Assembly (NCBI RefSeq): GCF_037042905.1
Contig: NC_087245.1
Location: forward strand, 18,726,001-18,790,000
Reading direction: 5' to 3'
Length of the DNA stretch: 64,000 nt
Source of the DNA: Lytechinus pictus
Taxonomy: Eukaryota
Shown here: one piece after another, positions 63,477 through 64,000 of the stretch
Layout: the number at the start of each line of letters is the position of its first letter
Numbering within the stretch: position 1 is the first letter of the stretch
The notes under the pieces: generated by a model
What the model saw: only the letters and a program-made list of their open reading frames with translations
Database searches by the model: none
What the model was told of the DNA's origin: nothing
Position numbers and translations under genes: made by a program

Positions 63477-64000
63477 GTAAGTGTCCTTGTTTCATATTTT
63501 ATTTTAGATATTTTAAAACGCAAAAAAAATATTTTCGTGCACTTTACGATTAAGACACACAAAGTAACAAAGGTTCCTCATGATTAGCTTTTAATTCCAT
63601 TTCAACGAAATAATATCTTCACTGAATATCATCGCGAGTGAACAATAGACTACTCCTGCAGGGCATTTCAATTCATGCATGTACCTAACAGCTACACCAC
63701 CTAGAAACAAGCTATGATATTCACCCGCTTTTTATAATCAATATTGCTCAATTTTTAGAATACACGAAGCATCACACGATATGCAACCATATTTGAAGAG
63801 TTTAGTTGCAAAAGGGGTTAGGTCCACTTTGGACCATTCCAAGAAAAAACATGTTTTTTATTCTCACTTATTGCAATGTTCATATGAGAAACTAAATTGT
63901 CATGATGTACTACCCTATCATGTGAACATAAAATTGGGTATAAAAGAAATCTACCTGTCTTCAATTTTTTTCTATATATATTTTTTTTAATTATCATTGT

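Overview
AT-rich, repeat-dense metazoan genomic DNA, probably from an invertebrate deuterostome such as a sea urchin (inferred from repeat style only). Almost the whole window is one + strand, intron-rich gene. I traced 35 coding exons by eye from an ATG at 3008 to 63476. All have GT-AG boundaries and consistent phases (11,232 nt, 3,744 codons), and the gene continues past the window end. Predicted protein, N- to C-terminus: TPR-like region; acidic, low-complexity linker; four Cys/His zinc-finger blocks resembling ZC3H7A/B (RoXaN); UPF1-like SF1 helicase 1; a PAM2 motif (as in HELZ); an RNB (RNase II/Dis3-type) exoribonuclease domain with all four catalytic Asp residues; and SF1 helicase 2. 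It is therefore a HELZ2-like gene that appears to carry a complete ZC3H7-like module at its N-terminus. The introns hold a near-full-length but frameshifted CR1/L2-group LINE (minus strand), several MITE families, self-nested Helentron-associated (HINE/pearl-like) elements rich in AGGTCA motifs, a 5.6-kb foldback element and SINEs. They also hold a 36 x 66-bp tandem array that amplifies an exon end with its splice donor and an in-frame stop. Family assignments rest on motif recognition from memory, not on database searches.
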